DNA of 64,000 bases from an uncultured Clostridia bacterium (GTDB lineage: Bacteria; Bacillota; Clostridia; TANB77; CAG-508): the NCBI GenBank assembly GCA_946529215.1, contig CAMMZC010000001.1, forward strand, positions 158,180 through 222,179. The letters are read 5' to 3'. Below the pieces are notes generated by a model that was given only the letters and a program-made list of their open reading frames with translations, was not told the DNA's origin and ran no database searches. Positions 10,169 to 19,708 of the stretch are shown piece after piece (position 1 is the first letter of the stretch; every line of letters begins with the position of its first letter). A program made the translations under genes and the position numbers.

Positions 10169-10830
10169 ACTATAATTTCATTTTGATTTTTATAAATACT
10201 ATTTTCAGGAATAACCCCTCTTACACAAGAAAGAGGATAAATATTTGAATTTTTCCCAATAATAGTTCCTGGATTTAGAACTGAATTACATCCTACTTCT
10301 ACACCATCTCCTAAAAATGCACCTACTTTTCTAAGATTCGTTTCTATTATTTTTTCGCACTCTCCTGTTCTCTTCTTAATTTGAACGTTACTTTTATCAG
10401 CCTTCACATTAGAAGTCATACTACCTGCTCCCATATGAGATTTGTACCCCAAAATTGAATCTCCTACATAATTATAATGAGGTACTTGCACATTATTAAA
10501 AAGTATAACATTTTTTAGTTCTGTTGAATTTCCTACAACAACATTTTTTCCAACAATTGCTTTACCTCTAATAAATGCACAATGTCTAATTTCTGCATTT
10601 TCATCAATTATTGCAGGTCCTGTAATACTTGCTGTTGAAGCTATTTTGGCAGATTTTGCTACCCAAATATTATCACCAATTTGTTCATATTTTTCTTTAT
10701 CTAATATTGGTCCGATTTCTAAAATATAATCATTTATTTTAGGCAAGATTTCCCATGGATATTTTTCAGTTGATAGTATTTGTTTTGCTATTGTTTCGTC
10801 TAAATTATATAAATCTTTTATTTCCAACAT
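10156..10830 (-). CDS. left-handed beta-helix (hexapeptide-repeat) acyl/acetyltransferase, GlmU C-terminal-domain-like
   Basis: 224 aa with many hexapeptide repeats (IDENAEIRHCAFIRGKAIVGKNVVVGNSTELKNVILFNNVQV...). Immediately downstream of a UDP-sugar pyrophosphorylase gene. Confidence 0.7.
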   Translation of the reverse strand: MLEIKDLYNLDETIAKQILSTEKYPWEILPKINDYILEIGPILDKEKYEQIGDNIWVAKSAKIASTASITGPAIIDENAEIRHCAFIRGKAIVGKNVVVGNSTELKNVILFNNVQVPHYNYVGDSILGYKSHMGAGSMTSNVKADKSNVQIKKRTGECEKIIETNLRKVGAFLGDGVEVGCNSVLNPGTIIGKNSNIYPLSCVRGVIPENSIYKNQNEIIVKKL

Positions 10831-10865
10831 CTTCTTTCTCCTTCCCTCTTCATATGCAAGACTAT

Positions 10866-12104
10866 TTATACTTCATAATATTTCTCATATATCTCTTTTG
10901 CTGTTTCAGGGCTATCAACACCGGTTGCATTTTTTATAGGTGCAAATTCTTCTTCTCTTTTAACTCTTAAAATAACCATATCATCTAAATATTCAAATCC
11001 ATCAAAAATAAATGCCTCAAACTTTAAACTATTAGGTTCTTCTGGTAAAACTTCTTTAATGTTTTCGCCTAAATATGAGTTTTTCTTAATAGCACAATGA
11101 TAATCGAATTTGTAATCTGCCATTTTTTCTAGTGTTTCTATATTAAACAAATGTCCTACTATGTTTGATTCTCCATATAAAAGCTCACCATCTTCATCTT
11201 CTGCATATATCATTTTTTTATCCATATCTATATATTCTATTATTGCAGGCTTTCCATTTTTTTTGCAAAAAATTCCAACTTTTTCTTCTGGATATGCTTT
11301 TTTTACAGATTTTGAAGCACTTGGTACATTATTTTTTATTGCTAAGCCAAGCAAAATTTCATCTGTCATATTTGCCATAATATTATCTACACCACAAACA
11401 TAAACCCATTTTATATTATGGGATTTCATATCTTCTATCATTTTAGAATTTTTTAAAGCAATAAATACTCCTCCATTTCCATCTGAAGCTTCTTTTACTT
11501 TATAACTAGAATCTATTAATAAATTTCCCTCAAAATCTAAAATTGGTAAAACATTTTGCGTAAAAAATTTGACTTTTTCTTTATTATAACCAAAATATTC
11601 ATTCTTTTCAAAAAAATTAATTGTCTCATCATTATTTTCTACACTTGTCATTATATACCAATATACTTCTTTACCATATTTTGCAGTTGTCTTTTTTAAT
11701 GTGTTTGCCAATATTTCAAAAATATATTTTCCGTTTTCTCCTACATCTAATTTAAATGTACCTTTTGGACCTTTCCATCCTAGTCTTGTTCCTTGTCCTC
11801 CTGCCATTGTAACTACTGCATATTGATTTTGTCTAAAGATCTTTTCTCCTATTTTTTCTATTTCTTGTCTTTGTTTACTATTAAGCTTATTTTTATCTAT
11901 GTATTTTATTGGTTCTATGTTATCCTTTCTTTTATTTTTACCATTTCTGTTTTCATATAATCTATGTATTTGTTCAAAATCCACTTTCAAAATGTCTCTT
12001 GCAAGCTCTTCTTGTTTTTCTATATCTATATTTTCTAAAATCTTTAAAATTTTAGATTGATTATTTTCTTTCAAAATTTTTTTTGCTTGTTCTACTCTTT
12101 TCAA
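10866..12104 (-). CDS. UDPGP-family (eukaryote-type UAP1-like) UDP-N-acetylhexosamine/UDP-sugar pyrophosphorylase
   Basis: MAGGQGTRLGWKGPKGTF nucleotide-binding loop and overall UDPGP layout. Start is ambiguous: GTG 12137, ATG 12122, or TTG 12104. Only TTG 12104 follows a strong AGGAGAGGA RBS. Confidence 0.8.
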   Translation of the reverse strand: MKRVEQAKKILKENNQSKILKILENIDIEKQEELARDILKVDFEQIHRLYENRNGKNKRKDNIEPIKYIDKNKLNSKQRQEIEKIGEKIFRQNQYAVVTMAGGQGTRLGWKGPKGTFKLDVGENGKYIFEILANTLKKTTAKYGKEVYWYIMTSVENNDETINFFEKNEYFGYNKEKVKFFTQNVLPILDFEGNLLIDSSYKVKEASDGNGGVFIALKNSKMIEDMKSHNIKWVYVCGVDNIMANMTDEILLGLAIKNNVPSASKSVKKAYPEEKVGIFCKKNGKPAIIEYIDMDKKMIYAEDEDGELLYGESNIVGHLFNIETLEKMADYKFDYHCAIKKNSYLGENIKEVLPEEPNSLKFEAFIFDGFEYLDDMVILRVKREEEFAPIKNATGVDSPETAKEIYEKYYEV

Positions 12105-12280
12105 CTTAGATCCTCTCCTCATATAATGTGTATGCACTCATTATACAATAATTAACTAATTATTTCAACTCTTTTTTAAAAAATACTTATTACTGTAAAA
12201 ATTCAACTATTACAATTTACATCCACATCAAATACCATATAATTGTAATAGAATATTTAAAAGTCTCATATAATTTACAG

Positions 12281-13612
12281 GTGATATCTTTGAGACGTAT
12301 TAAAGTGTTTTTATTGAATTCAATAATAATAGTCGTATCTTCATTTATATTACAAATAATAAGATTTACCTTCAATATTTATGTATCTAACAATGTATCT
12401 TCAGAAACTCTTGGAGTTTTTGAACTAATAATGGCTACATATTATTTTGGGATAACTTTGGCTTCTTCTGGAATAAATATATCTTGTATAAAAGTAGTAT
12501 CTGAAGAATTAGCATTTGGAAATTTAGACGGAGTCAAAAACTCATCAAAAAAATGTATAAAAATCAGCATTTTTCTTTCATTAATTGCAAGTGCTATATT
12601 TTATTTTAATGCAGATTTTATAGTAAAATATTGTTTTCAATATAAAGTTCAAAAATCTATTGTAAATTTAATTTGCATAGCACTTCCTCTAATCTCTGTA
12701 TCTTCGGCTATTACTGGATATTTTATTGCCGTAAGAAGACCATATAAGACTGTGCTAGGACAATTTATGGAACAGCTTTCAAAACTCATATCTACATTTT
12801 TTTTGTTTAATTTTTTTAAACCAGCTTCCATAGAAAATATATGCTACATTTTAATTTTGTGTGACCTAATTTCAGAAATAATATCTTTTATTTATTTATT
12901 AATCATATACTGTTTTGACTTAAGAAAATATTTTTTTAACACTCAAAAAAAATATGAAATTAATAATTTTGCACGAATTTTTAAAATACTTGTACCTGTA
13001 GCACTTACATCATACATTAAATCAGGAATTTCTACATTAAAGCAATTAATAATCCCTTCAAGTATTACAAAAAGTGGAAAAAATATAAATGAAGCTCTTA
13101 GTGATTATGGACAAATTTCAGGTATGGCAATGCCAATAATAATGTTTCCATCTACATTCCTAATTGCAATTTCAAGTCTACTTATTCCAGAATTTTCAAG
13201 ATATTATGTAAAAAAGGATTACCAAAAAATTAGATATTATACAGATAAGCTTTTAATTTCTTCTTTTTTGTTTGCATTGTTGTTAAGCTTTATATTATAT
13301 ATTTTTGCAGACAACATTAGCTTTTTGGTTTATCATAGACTTGATATTGGCATTTATATAAAAATCTTTTCTATACTTATTCCTTCTACTTATATTGATA
13401 TTGTAATAGATAATATATTGAAAGGCCTTGATAAACAAACTGTTGTAATGATAATAAATATTACCGATTTAATATTTAGCACTGTTTTTATTTTAATTTT
13501 TGTTCCTATATATGGAATTAAAGCCTATATATTTTCAATTTTTTTCAGTGAAATATCAAATTTAATTTTAGGATTATTTTATCTTTTAAAATTAGAAAAA
13601 AATTTAAAATAA
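12281..13612 (+). CDS. MOP-superfamily flippase, SpoVB/MurJ-like polysaccharide or peptidoglycan-precursor exporter
   Basis: 443 aa and polytopic (about 12-14 hydrophobic segments). The N-terminus pattern is like stage V sporulation protein B. Next to ylbJ. Start could be GTG 12281 or TTG 12290 (AGGTGA upstream). Confidence 0.6.
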   Translation: MISLRRIKVFLLNSIIIVVSSFILQIIRFTFNIYVSNNVSSETLGVFELIMATYYFGITLASSGINISCIKVVSEELAFGNLDGVKNSSKKCIKISIFLSLIASAIFYFNADFIVKYCFQYKVQKSIVNLICIALPLISVSSAITGYFIAVRRPYKTVLGQFMEQLSKLISTFFLFNFFKPASIENICYILILCDLISEIISFIYLLIIYCFDLRKYFFNTQKKYEINNFARIFKILVPVALTSYIKSGISTLKQLIIPSSITKSGKNINEALSDYGQISGMAMPIIMFPSTFLIAISSLLIPEFSRYYVKKDYQKIRYYTDKLLISSFLFALLLSFILYIFADNISFLVYHRLDIGIYIKIFSILIPSTYIDIVIDNILKGLDKQTVVMIINITDLIFSTVFILIFVPIYGIKAYIFSIFFSEISNLILGLFYLLKLEKNLK

Positions 13613-13655
13613 GATATTAATTTAAAAAAGATTTTTTTATAACTATAAGTAAAAT

Positions 13656-14711
13656 ATGAAAGGAATGGATATTTATATGATTTATGTTATTAAAATTAGA
13701 AAATATATTTTGTCTATATTAATACTAGTTTTTACTATATGTTTAGTAATTTTCTCTTCTTCTAATCTACTAGCCGCAAAGTCTGGATTACTTTTATGGG
13801 CAACATCTGTTGTTCCATCATTATTTCCCTTCTTTGTCGCAACAGAACTTATTTCTTATACCAATATTCCTAAAATTTTAGGAAAAATATTTAATAGTTT
13901 TATGAAGCCATTATTTAATATTGGTGGAGAAGGCTCTTTTGCACTTATTATGGGAATTATAAGTGGATACCCTATTGGAGCCAAGATTGTGTGTGATTTT
14001 AGAAAAAAAGATATTTTATCTAAAGAAGAATGTGAAAGACTTTTAAGTTTTACTAATAATTCTGGTCCTTTATTTATTCTAGGGACTGTTGGAATAAATA
14101 TGTTTGGAAGTACAGAAATAGGCTTTTTACTTTTAATTACACATTTACTTGCATGTTTTACAGTAGGATTTATTTTTAGATTTTGGAAAAAAAATTATAC
14201 CTCTAGCAATAATAAAAAAGTCATCTTCTCCGAATCTAAAAAATTATCTTTATCTAATTTAGGAGAAGTACTCTCAAATTCAATTTTTAATGCTACATCT
14301 ACTATTATGACAATTGGTGGATTTATTGTGCTTTTTTCTGTAATAATATCTATAATAAAAAAAAGTAAACTCTTAAAAATACTAACATTTATATTTTATC
14401 CTCTTTCTTATATATCACATATTCCTTCAAATTTAATTGCACCATTTTTTATTGGAATATTAGAAATAACAAATGGAATTTCAATAATTTCAAGTATTCA
14501 TATACGAGCTATATCTATTAATATTATTCTGTCAGCTTTTTTACTCGGATTAGGAGGTGTATCGGTATTTTTACAAGTCTTAAGTATTGTTTCTAAAACA
14601 GACTTATCTATAAAACCTTATTTTATTGGAAAAATATTACAAGGATTTTTAGCTGCATTTTATACATTTATATTTATACAAATCTTTCCCATATTTAATT
14701 TAAATTTGTAA
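13656..14711 (+). CDS. ylbJ: sporulation integral membrane protein YlbJ (nucleoside-recognition-domain family)
   Basis: LLWATSVVPSLFPFFVATELISYT... GEGSFALIMGIISGYPIGAKIV ... LSFTNNSGPLFILGTVG match the YlbJ family pattern. Start may be 13656 or 13677. Confidence 0.8.
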   Translation: MKGMDIYMIYVIKIRKYILSILILVFTICLVIFSSSNLLAAKSGLLLWATSVVPSLFPFFVATELISYTNIPKILGKIFNSFMKPLFNIGGEGSFALIMGIISGYPIGAKIVCDFRKKDILSKEECERLLSFTNNSGPLFILGTVGINMFGSTEIGFLLLITHLLACFTVGFIFRFWKKNYTSSNNKKVIFSESKKLSLSNLGEVLSNSIFNATSTIMTIGGFIVLFSVIISIIKKSKLLKILTFIFYPLSYISHIPSNLIAPFFIGILEITNGISIISSIHIRAISINIILSAFLLGLGGVSVFLQVLSIVSKTDLSIKPYFIGKILQGFLAAFYTFIFIQIFPIFNLNL

Positions 14712-14838
14712 TAATTAAAAATATTTAGAATATTTTTAATTAGAAGGTGTTAATTAATATATTGTACAAAACTCTTATTAAATATTTTTTCATAGCTATA
14801 AATACCTTTAAATGAATTTAGAAAGGATTGAGATTTAA

Positions 14839-15054
14839 TTGGAAAAGGATTTTAATGATTTACAAAACAATTTTGGGTATCAAAATGGATTCGATCCAAA
14901 TGATATTTATAAAGACCCTATGTTTAACCCAATAGCTCAATATGAGCAAGCTTATACATACTATAAATATTTATGTATGCAAATGGATTATAAAATTAAG
15001 TGTAAAGAATATGAAAAACTATGCTCTAGTTTTTCTTTAAATAAAAATACCTAA
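14839..15054 (+). CDS. small hypothetical protein (TTG start)
   Basis: 71-aa ORF, Tyr/Cys-containing (AQYEQAYTYYKYLCMQMDYKIKCKEYEKLC), followed by a strong terminator. No family recognised and coding status is uncertain. Confidence 0.3.
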   Translation: MEKDFNDLQNNFGYQNGFDPNDIYKDPMFNPIAQYEQAYTYYKYLCMQMDYKIKCKEYEKLCSSFSLNKNT

Positions 15055-15105
15055 AAAAAGAGTGTGATTGAATATTCTAATTACGAATATTTTCACACTC
15101 TTTTT
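15055..15105. terminator. bidirectional hairpin terminator
   Basis: AAAAAGAGTGTGA ... TCACACTCTTTTT, with an inner GAATATT/AATATTC extension. Confidence 0.65.
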
Positions 15106-15172
15106 GATAATGTAAAATAAAGTGTATAAGTTTGGTACCTTAAACTTACACACTTTACTTGACAAAGTCCAA

Positions 15173-15646
15173 TTATATATTATTATATTCTCTTACTTTC
15201 TTTAATGAATATCCAGCAACAATTGCACCAATTATGATAACTACTGGTAAAACTTTGTTGTCTTCAATTCCAGTATAAGCTAAAGAATTAACCTCACTTT
15301 TATTTTCTTCTTCGTCTTCATTTGAATTTAATGTTGTTGTTGCACTTCCTGTACTAAGTGATGTACTATCTGTTCCTGTTCCAGAGTTTTCTGTTCCAGT
15401 TGTTCCTGTTCCAGTTGTTCCTGTACCAGAGTTTTCTGTTCCTGTTGTTGTTCCAGAGTTTTCTGTTCCAGTTGTGCCTGTATTATCTGTACTACTACCT
15501 GTTTCTGGAACTCCTGCATTTTCCCATTCTGATGCATTTGTACTTGAAAAATCATCTGCAGCAAATACAACAGAAGTTAAGTTCGCAATTAATAGTACAC
15601 TTAAAATAATTACTAATACAACTTTTAATAAACCTATTTTTCTCAT
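15173..15646 (-). CDS. sortase-anchored surface protein with Thr/Gly/Asn-rich tandem repeats (LAYTG sorting signal)
   Basis: Signal peptide (MRKIGLLKVVLVIILSVLLIANLTSVVFA). Repeats GTTGTENSGTTTGTENSGTGTTGTGTTGTENSGTGT are encoded by near-tandem DNA repeats at about 15358-15480. C-terminal LAYTG, hydrophobic segment and KKVREY tail. AGGAGG RBS. Confidence 0.7.
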   Translation of the reverse strand: MRKIGLLKVVLVIILSVLLIANLTSVVFAADDFSSTNASEWENAGVPETGSSTDNTGTTGTENSGTTTGTENSGTGTTGTGTTGTENSGTGTDSTSLSTGSATTTLNSNEDEEENKSEVNSLAYTGIEDNKVLPVVIIIGAIVAGYSLKKVREYNNI

Positions 15647-15799
15647 ATTTTTTCCTCCTAAAAAAATAATTTATAATCTACATTTTTTATTATACTCTCT
15701 TTTTATTATTTTGTCAAATTATTTTTTTTATTTAATTATTACATTTATATTTCATTTTTATTTCATTTTTATTACAGAGTAATTAATATTACTGTCTGT

Positions 15800-16150
15800 T
15801 TATGCATTTTTTGCAATATTTACAATTTCAGTAAATGCTTTTGGATCGCTTATAGCGACTTCTGCAAGCATTTTTCTATTTATAGATACATTTGCTTTTT
15901 TAAGTCCTGCTATCATTTTACTATATGTAGTTCCATTCATTCTTGCTGCAGCATTTATTCTTGCAATCCATAATTTTCTAAAATCACTCTTTCTATCTTT
16001 TCTTCCAACATAAGAATAAGATAATGATTTTAAAACTGCTTGATTTGCATTTCTAAATCTATAATGTTTTGCTCCAAAATATCCCTTTGCTAATTTCATT
16101 ATTTTTTTATGTCTTTTTCTTGTTATTTTAGCTGTTTTAACTCTTGCCAT
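15800..16150 (-). CDS. rplT: 50S ribosomal protein L20
   Basis: [26 protein letters not shown] signature. Confidence 0.95.
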   Translation of the reverse strand: MARVKTAKITRKRHKKIMKLAKGYFGAKHYRFRNANQAVLKSLSYSYVGRKDRKSDFRKLWIARINAAARMNGTTYSKMIAGLKKANVSINRKMLAEVAISDPKAFTEIVNIAKNA

Positions 16151-16170
16151 CTTTATTCTCTCCTTTCTGA

Positions 16171-16374
16171 TTAATTACCATATGGTAATAATTTTTTTAT
16201 TGTATTTTCACATGTTTTATCAGCATACGCTCCTGGACGTCTTGCAGATAATTTTTGTCTTTTAGTTTTGTTTGCTAATAAATGTCTTCTATTAGCTGTT
16301 GTTCTTTTTACTTTTCCTGTAGCTGTTAAAGAATATCTTTTCTTTGCAGCTTTATTTGTTTTCATTTTTGGCAT
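16171..16374 (-). CDS. rpmI: 50S ribosomal protein L35
   Basis: [14 protein letters not shown] signature, between infC and rplT. Confidence 0.95.
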   Translation of the reverse strand: MPKMKTNKAAKKRYSLTATGKVKRTTANRRHLLANKTKRQKLSARRPGAYADKTCENTIKKLLPYGN

Positions 16375-16483
16375 AATAATTCTCCTTGTATGTAATATTT
16401 AGGTTTTTTTAGGATACCTATAAACCTCTATATTTAGTAGAAATTTTATGATTACATAATTAATCTACTATATTTTATATGTA

Positions 16484-16993
16484 TTAAGCTTTTTTAGCTA
16501 ACATAATAAACATATTTCTTCCTTCTAATTTAGGACTTTTCTCAACAACAGAAATATCTGAAAGTTCTTCAATAAATTTGTTTAAAACTGTTTCTCCTGC
16601 TTTAGAATTATTAATTTCTCTTCCTCTAAATCTTACTGTTATTTTTAATTTATTTCCACTCTCAATGAACTTTCTAGCATTTTTGGCTTTAAATCCAAAA
16701 TCGTGTTCTTCAATATTTGGAGTAATTCTAATTTCTTTTATTTCTGTTATTTTTTGTTTCTTCTTTGCTTCTTTTTCTTTTTTGGCCTGTTCAAATTTGT
16801 ATTTACCATAGTTCATTATTTTACAAACCACTGGCTTAGAATTTGGAGCAACTAAAACTAAATCTAATTTTTTTTCTTCAGCCATATCCATAGCTTCATT
16901 AAAACTCTTTACTCCAAGTTTTTCTCCGTTTTCTCCTATTAATTGAACTTCTCTTGCTCTTATTTGACCATTTATTGGCAATTCTTGTTTAAT
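16484..16993 (-). CDS. infC: translation initiation factor IF-3 (ATT start codon)
   Basis: IKQELPINGQIRAREVQLIGENGEKLGV onward is IF-3. GGAGGTG lies 6 nt upstream of an in-frame ATT at 16993. The upstream ATGs of the long ORF overlap or lie upstream of that RBS. Confidence 0.9.
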   Translation of the reverse strand: MKQELPINGQIRAREVQLIGENGEKLGVKSFNEAMDMAEEKKLDLVLVAPNSKPVVCKIMNYGKYKFEQAKKEKEAKKKQKITEIKEIRITPNIEEHDFGFKAKNARKFIESGNKLKITVRFRGREINNSKAGETVLNKFIEELSDISVVEKSPKLEGRNMFIMLAKKA

Positions 16994-17185
16994 ATAAAAC
17001 ACCTCCATATAATAAAAAAATTGACTTATTACAAGCCAATCCACAAAATAAGATATATAAAAATCTAATGATTTTCTTACATAACTATTAATAGAAAAAT
17101 CAAATAGTTCTTTATTAATTAAACTTACTTTTTACCTCTTTCCGAATAGGTCAAGGTGAAGAGTGGATAACTCTTGCTTGCAACA
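16994..17185 (-). promoter_or_regulatory. infC-rpmI-rplT leader, candidate L20-binding attenuator (L20 leader)
   Basis: Untranslated leader of about 190 nt between a perfect promoter and infC, the position of the Firmicute L20 leader. Structure was not verified by covariance model. Confidence 0.45.
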
Positions 17186-17190
17186 AACAT

Positions 17191-17219
17191 ATTATATACT
17201 ATTTTTTTGTTCTTGTCAA
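17191..17219 (-). promoter_or_regulatory. sigma-A promoter of the infC operon
   Basis: On the minus strand, TTGACA (17219-17214), 17 nt, TATAAT (17196-17191). Confidence 0.6.
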
Positions 17220-17246
17220 CCATTTTTGTTAAATTATTTCTAAATT

Positions 17247-17714
17247 TCAATATTTTTCCAAACACACAGCATTTGGATACAATTTTTTCATACTTTTCCA
17301 ATGAACAATAAATAAATTTGATATCGGGTATAAAAATTTCCCTGTTAATGTTTTTCTAGTAATATTTGCATAAGTTTCTATATATATAATCTTTTTTCCA
17401 AATATTTTTCCAAAATAGCATATTGGTACAGCAGTATGAGTACCTGTTGATACAATAACATCTGGTCTTATTTTTAAAAATAAAATAAATGATTTTATAA
17501 TAACAAAAATATATTTGAAAATATAGCTAAAAAGCTTGCTTCTTGTAGAATATGGTACATAAAATACCCTTCCTTTATATCTTTTTTGTAAATACTTGGT
17601 CGTTTCACTCTTTTCTGTAATAATTGTGTATTCATAATTTTTAAATAGAGGCTCCAAACTCATTAATTCACTTAAATGCCCACCTATGCTTGAAATGAAC
17701 AATACTTTTTTCAA
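17247..17714 (-). CDS. Alg14-like membrane subunit of a two-part glycosyltransferase (PssD/Cps14F family)
   Basis: 155 aa. MKKVLFISSIGGHLSELMSL ... VSTGTHTAVPICYFGKIFGKKIIYIETYAN matches the Alg14/PssD pattern. TTG start 8 nt after GGAGGA. Confidence 0.7.
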   Translation of the reverse strand: MKKVLFISSIGGHLSELMSLEPLFKNYEYTIITEKSETTKYLQKRYKGRVFYVPYSTRSKLFSYIFKYIFVIIKSFILFLKIRPDVIVSTGTHTAVPICYFGKIFGKKIIYIETYANITRKTLTGKFLYPISNLFIVHWKSMKKLYPNAVCLEKY

Positions 17715-17831
17715 ATTAAAAATCCTCCAAAATAAATAATATATACTATTTATTTTGTGGATTTTATAAAATATTATACATAATTGTTTAACAATTCAAA
17801 AATTTTTTATAAGCTTAAGACGAAGGTTTCA

Positions 17832-17858
17832 GGTTCCTTTTTTTCCTCCGTCCCAAAA
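17832..17858. repeat. copy a of dispersed GGTTCC/CCTCCGTCCC palindromic repeat family
   Basis: GGTTCC-T7-CCTCCGTCCCAAAA, 7 nt downstream of the dnaJ stop. Compare 36314, 46953 and 56112. Confidence 0.6.
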
Positions 17859-17864
17859 TTAACT

Positions 17865-19028
17865 TTACCCAAAAATTCCTCTCTTTTTAATTGGAGGTTG
17901 TTCATTCATTGTTTTTGCAAGTTCTGTCAATAGTTCTCTTTGCTCTTTTGTAAGTCTTTTTGGTGTTTGAACAACAACATTGAATACAAAATTTCCAACA
18001 TAAGAAGAATTAAGGCTTTTGAATCCTTTCCCTCTAACTACAAATTGTGTTCCTGTTTGTGTTCCTTCTGGAATTCTGTATTTTTCTTTTTTTCCATCTA
18101 CCATTGGTACTTCAATATCAGCTCCTAAAGTGGCTTGTGTAATAGTTATTGGAATATCACAAATTACGTTATTTCCATCTCTTTTATAAATACTATGTTT
18201 TTTAACTCTTAATGTTATGTATATATCTCCTGCAGGTCCACCTTTTGTTCCTGGATTTCCTTGTCCTCTTAAGACTACTGTTTGATTATCTCCTATTCCT
18301 GCAGGAATTTTAACTCTAACTTTAGGCATTTTTCTTACAGTACCTTTTCCATGACACATATCACAAGGTTCTTGGATAACTTCACCTGTTCCATGACATT
18401 CTGGACAAGTTCTAGTTGTTTGAATTTGACCCAAAATTGTAGTTTGCATTTGTCTTATTTGTCCTGTACCATTACAAGCTTTACATTTAACAGGATTTGT
18501 TCCAGGTTTTGCTCCTGTTCCATGACATGTAGAACATGTTTCTTGTCTTGTAATTGTAACTTCTTTTTCCACACCCATAAAAGCTTCTTCAAATGTTATC
18601 TCTAAATTAAGATTTAAATCTTCACCTTTACGTGGTCCATTATTTCTTCTAGAGTTTGCTCTTTGTCCTCCAAATCCTCCACCAAAGAATGATGAGAATA
18701 TGTCTCCTAAGTCGCCAAAATCATCCCATCCAGAGCTTGTGTATGAATAATATCCATTACCTCCTCCAAATGGTCCTCCTGCCCCTCCGAAGCCAGCTTG
18801 AGGATCGGCAGTTCCAAATTGATCATACATTCTTCTTTTTTGAGGGTCAGAAAGTACCTCATATGCTTCATTTACTTCTTTAAATTTTTGTTCTGCTTCT
18901 TTTTTATTATTAGGGTTTGCATCTGGATGCCACTTTTTTGCCATTTTTCTATATGCCTTTTTTAGTTCATCATCAGTTGCTGATTTAGATACTCCTAATA
19001 TTTCATAATAATCTTTTTTTTCTGCCAT
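17865..19028 (-). CDS. dnaJ: chaperone DnaJ
   Basis: J-domain (DYYEILGV...HPD), G/F-rich region, four CxxCxGxG zinc repeats. Confidence 0.95.
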   Translation of the reverse strand: MAEKKDYYEILGVSKSATDDELKKAYRKMAKKWHPDANPNNKKEAEQKFKEVNEAYEVLSDPQKRRMYDQFGTADPQAGFGGAGGPFGGGNGYYSYTSSGWDDFGDLGDIFSSFFGGGFGGQRANSRRNNGPRKGEDLNLNLEITFEEAFMGVEKEVTITRQETCSTCHGTGAKPGTNPVKCKACNGTGQIRQMQTTILGQIQTTRTCPECHGTGEVIQEPCDMCHGKGTVRKMPKVRVKIPAGIGDNQTVVLRGQGNPGTKGGPAGDIYITLRVKKHSIYKRDGNNVICDIPITITQATLGADIEVPMVDGKKEKYRIPEGTQTGTQFVVRGKGFKSLNSSYVGNFVFNVVVQTPKRLTKEQRELLTELAKTMNEQPPIKKRGIFG

Positions 19029-19030
19029 TT

Positions 19031-19597
19031 TTATCCTCCTTGTATTTCTTGGTCACATTGGCTTTCATTATTTATTCTTGCTTTTTCTATTTCTGATTTT
19101 ATAAAGTCTACTATTTTTCTTATTTTCTCTTTTTCTGATTCATCTATATCAGAATCATACATATCTTTAATAATGGGATCATAATATTTCCATTCTCTTT
19201 TTTTGCTGTCTATAAAATCCAAATTATCTTTACTTAATGAATAAGTACAATATATTAGCATTTTTTGTTCTCTTTGTTCTTTAGGAATCATTAAGTCCTT
19301 TGAATTACCTTCATCAACTAAGATGTATCCTGCATATAATAAAAATTCATGTTTTGGAATTTCTTTACCTATTTTTCTTTGTATTTTATTTAATATATCA
19401 TAATATCTTTGTTCACTAAATATTCTATCAGCAATATCAGGATGCCCTCTATCTATGCCTATTTTAATATTTTCATTTTTACCATTTGGACATTTATAAT
19501 ATCTTGTTTTGTCTTCTGCATCGCCTTTAATAAATTTATTTAGATTATTTATACTCCTTTTTAATGTGTTTAAAAAATTTATTTTATCTTCCTTCAT
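19031..19597 (-). CDS. hypothetical protein, paralogue of the upstream 153-aa ORF, embedded between dnaK and dnaJ
   Basis: 188 aa. Shares [16 protein letters not shown] / [19 protein letters not shown] with LLYYLGFIALDEGNKKS / IKDIYEDLDENEKSR of ORF 19709-20170. Its last codons (CAAGGAGGATAA) form the dnaJ RBS. Confidence 0.6.
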   Translation of the reverse strand: MKEDKINFLNTLKRSINNLNKFIKGDAEDKTRYYKCPNGKNENIKIGIDRGHPDIADRIFSEQRYYDILNKIQRKIGKEIPKHEFLLYAGYILVDEGNSKDLMIPKEQREQKMLIYCTYSLSKDNLDFIDSKKREWKYYDPIIKDMYDSDIDESEKEKIRKIVDFIKSEIEKARINNESQCDQEIQGG

Positions 19598-19708
19598 AAT
19601 TTAACCACACTTTCGACATCTACATTTTCAAATATTTCAAATACTTTCATTTCTCAATTTTTTACTTCTTTGTCAATAAGCCAAATCATTGTAATAGTCC
19701 CGTCTCTT

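Noticed and set aside
15328-15782. Several 80-100-aa ORFs in both orientations over the surface-protein repeats.
   Set aside because: They are frame artefacts of the Thr/Gly repeat DNA. Only the minus-strand frame with signal peptide, sorting signal and AGGAGG RBS is coherent.
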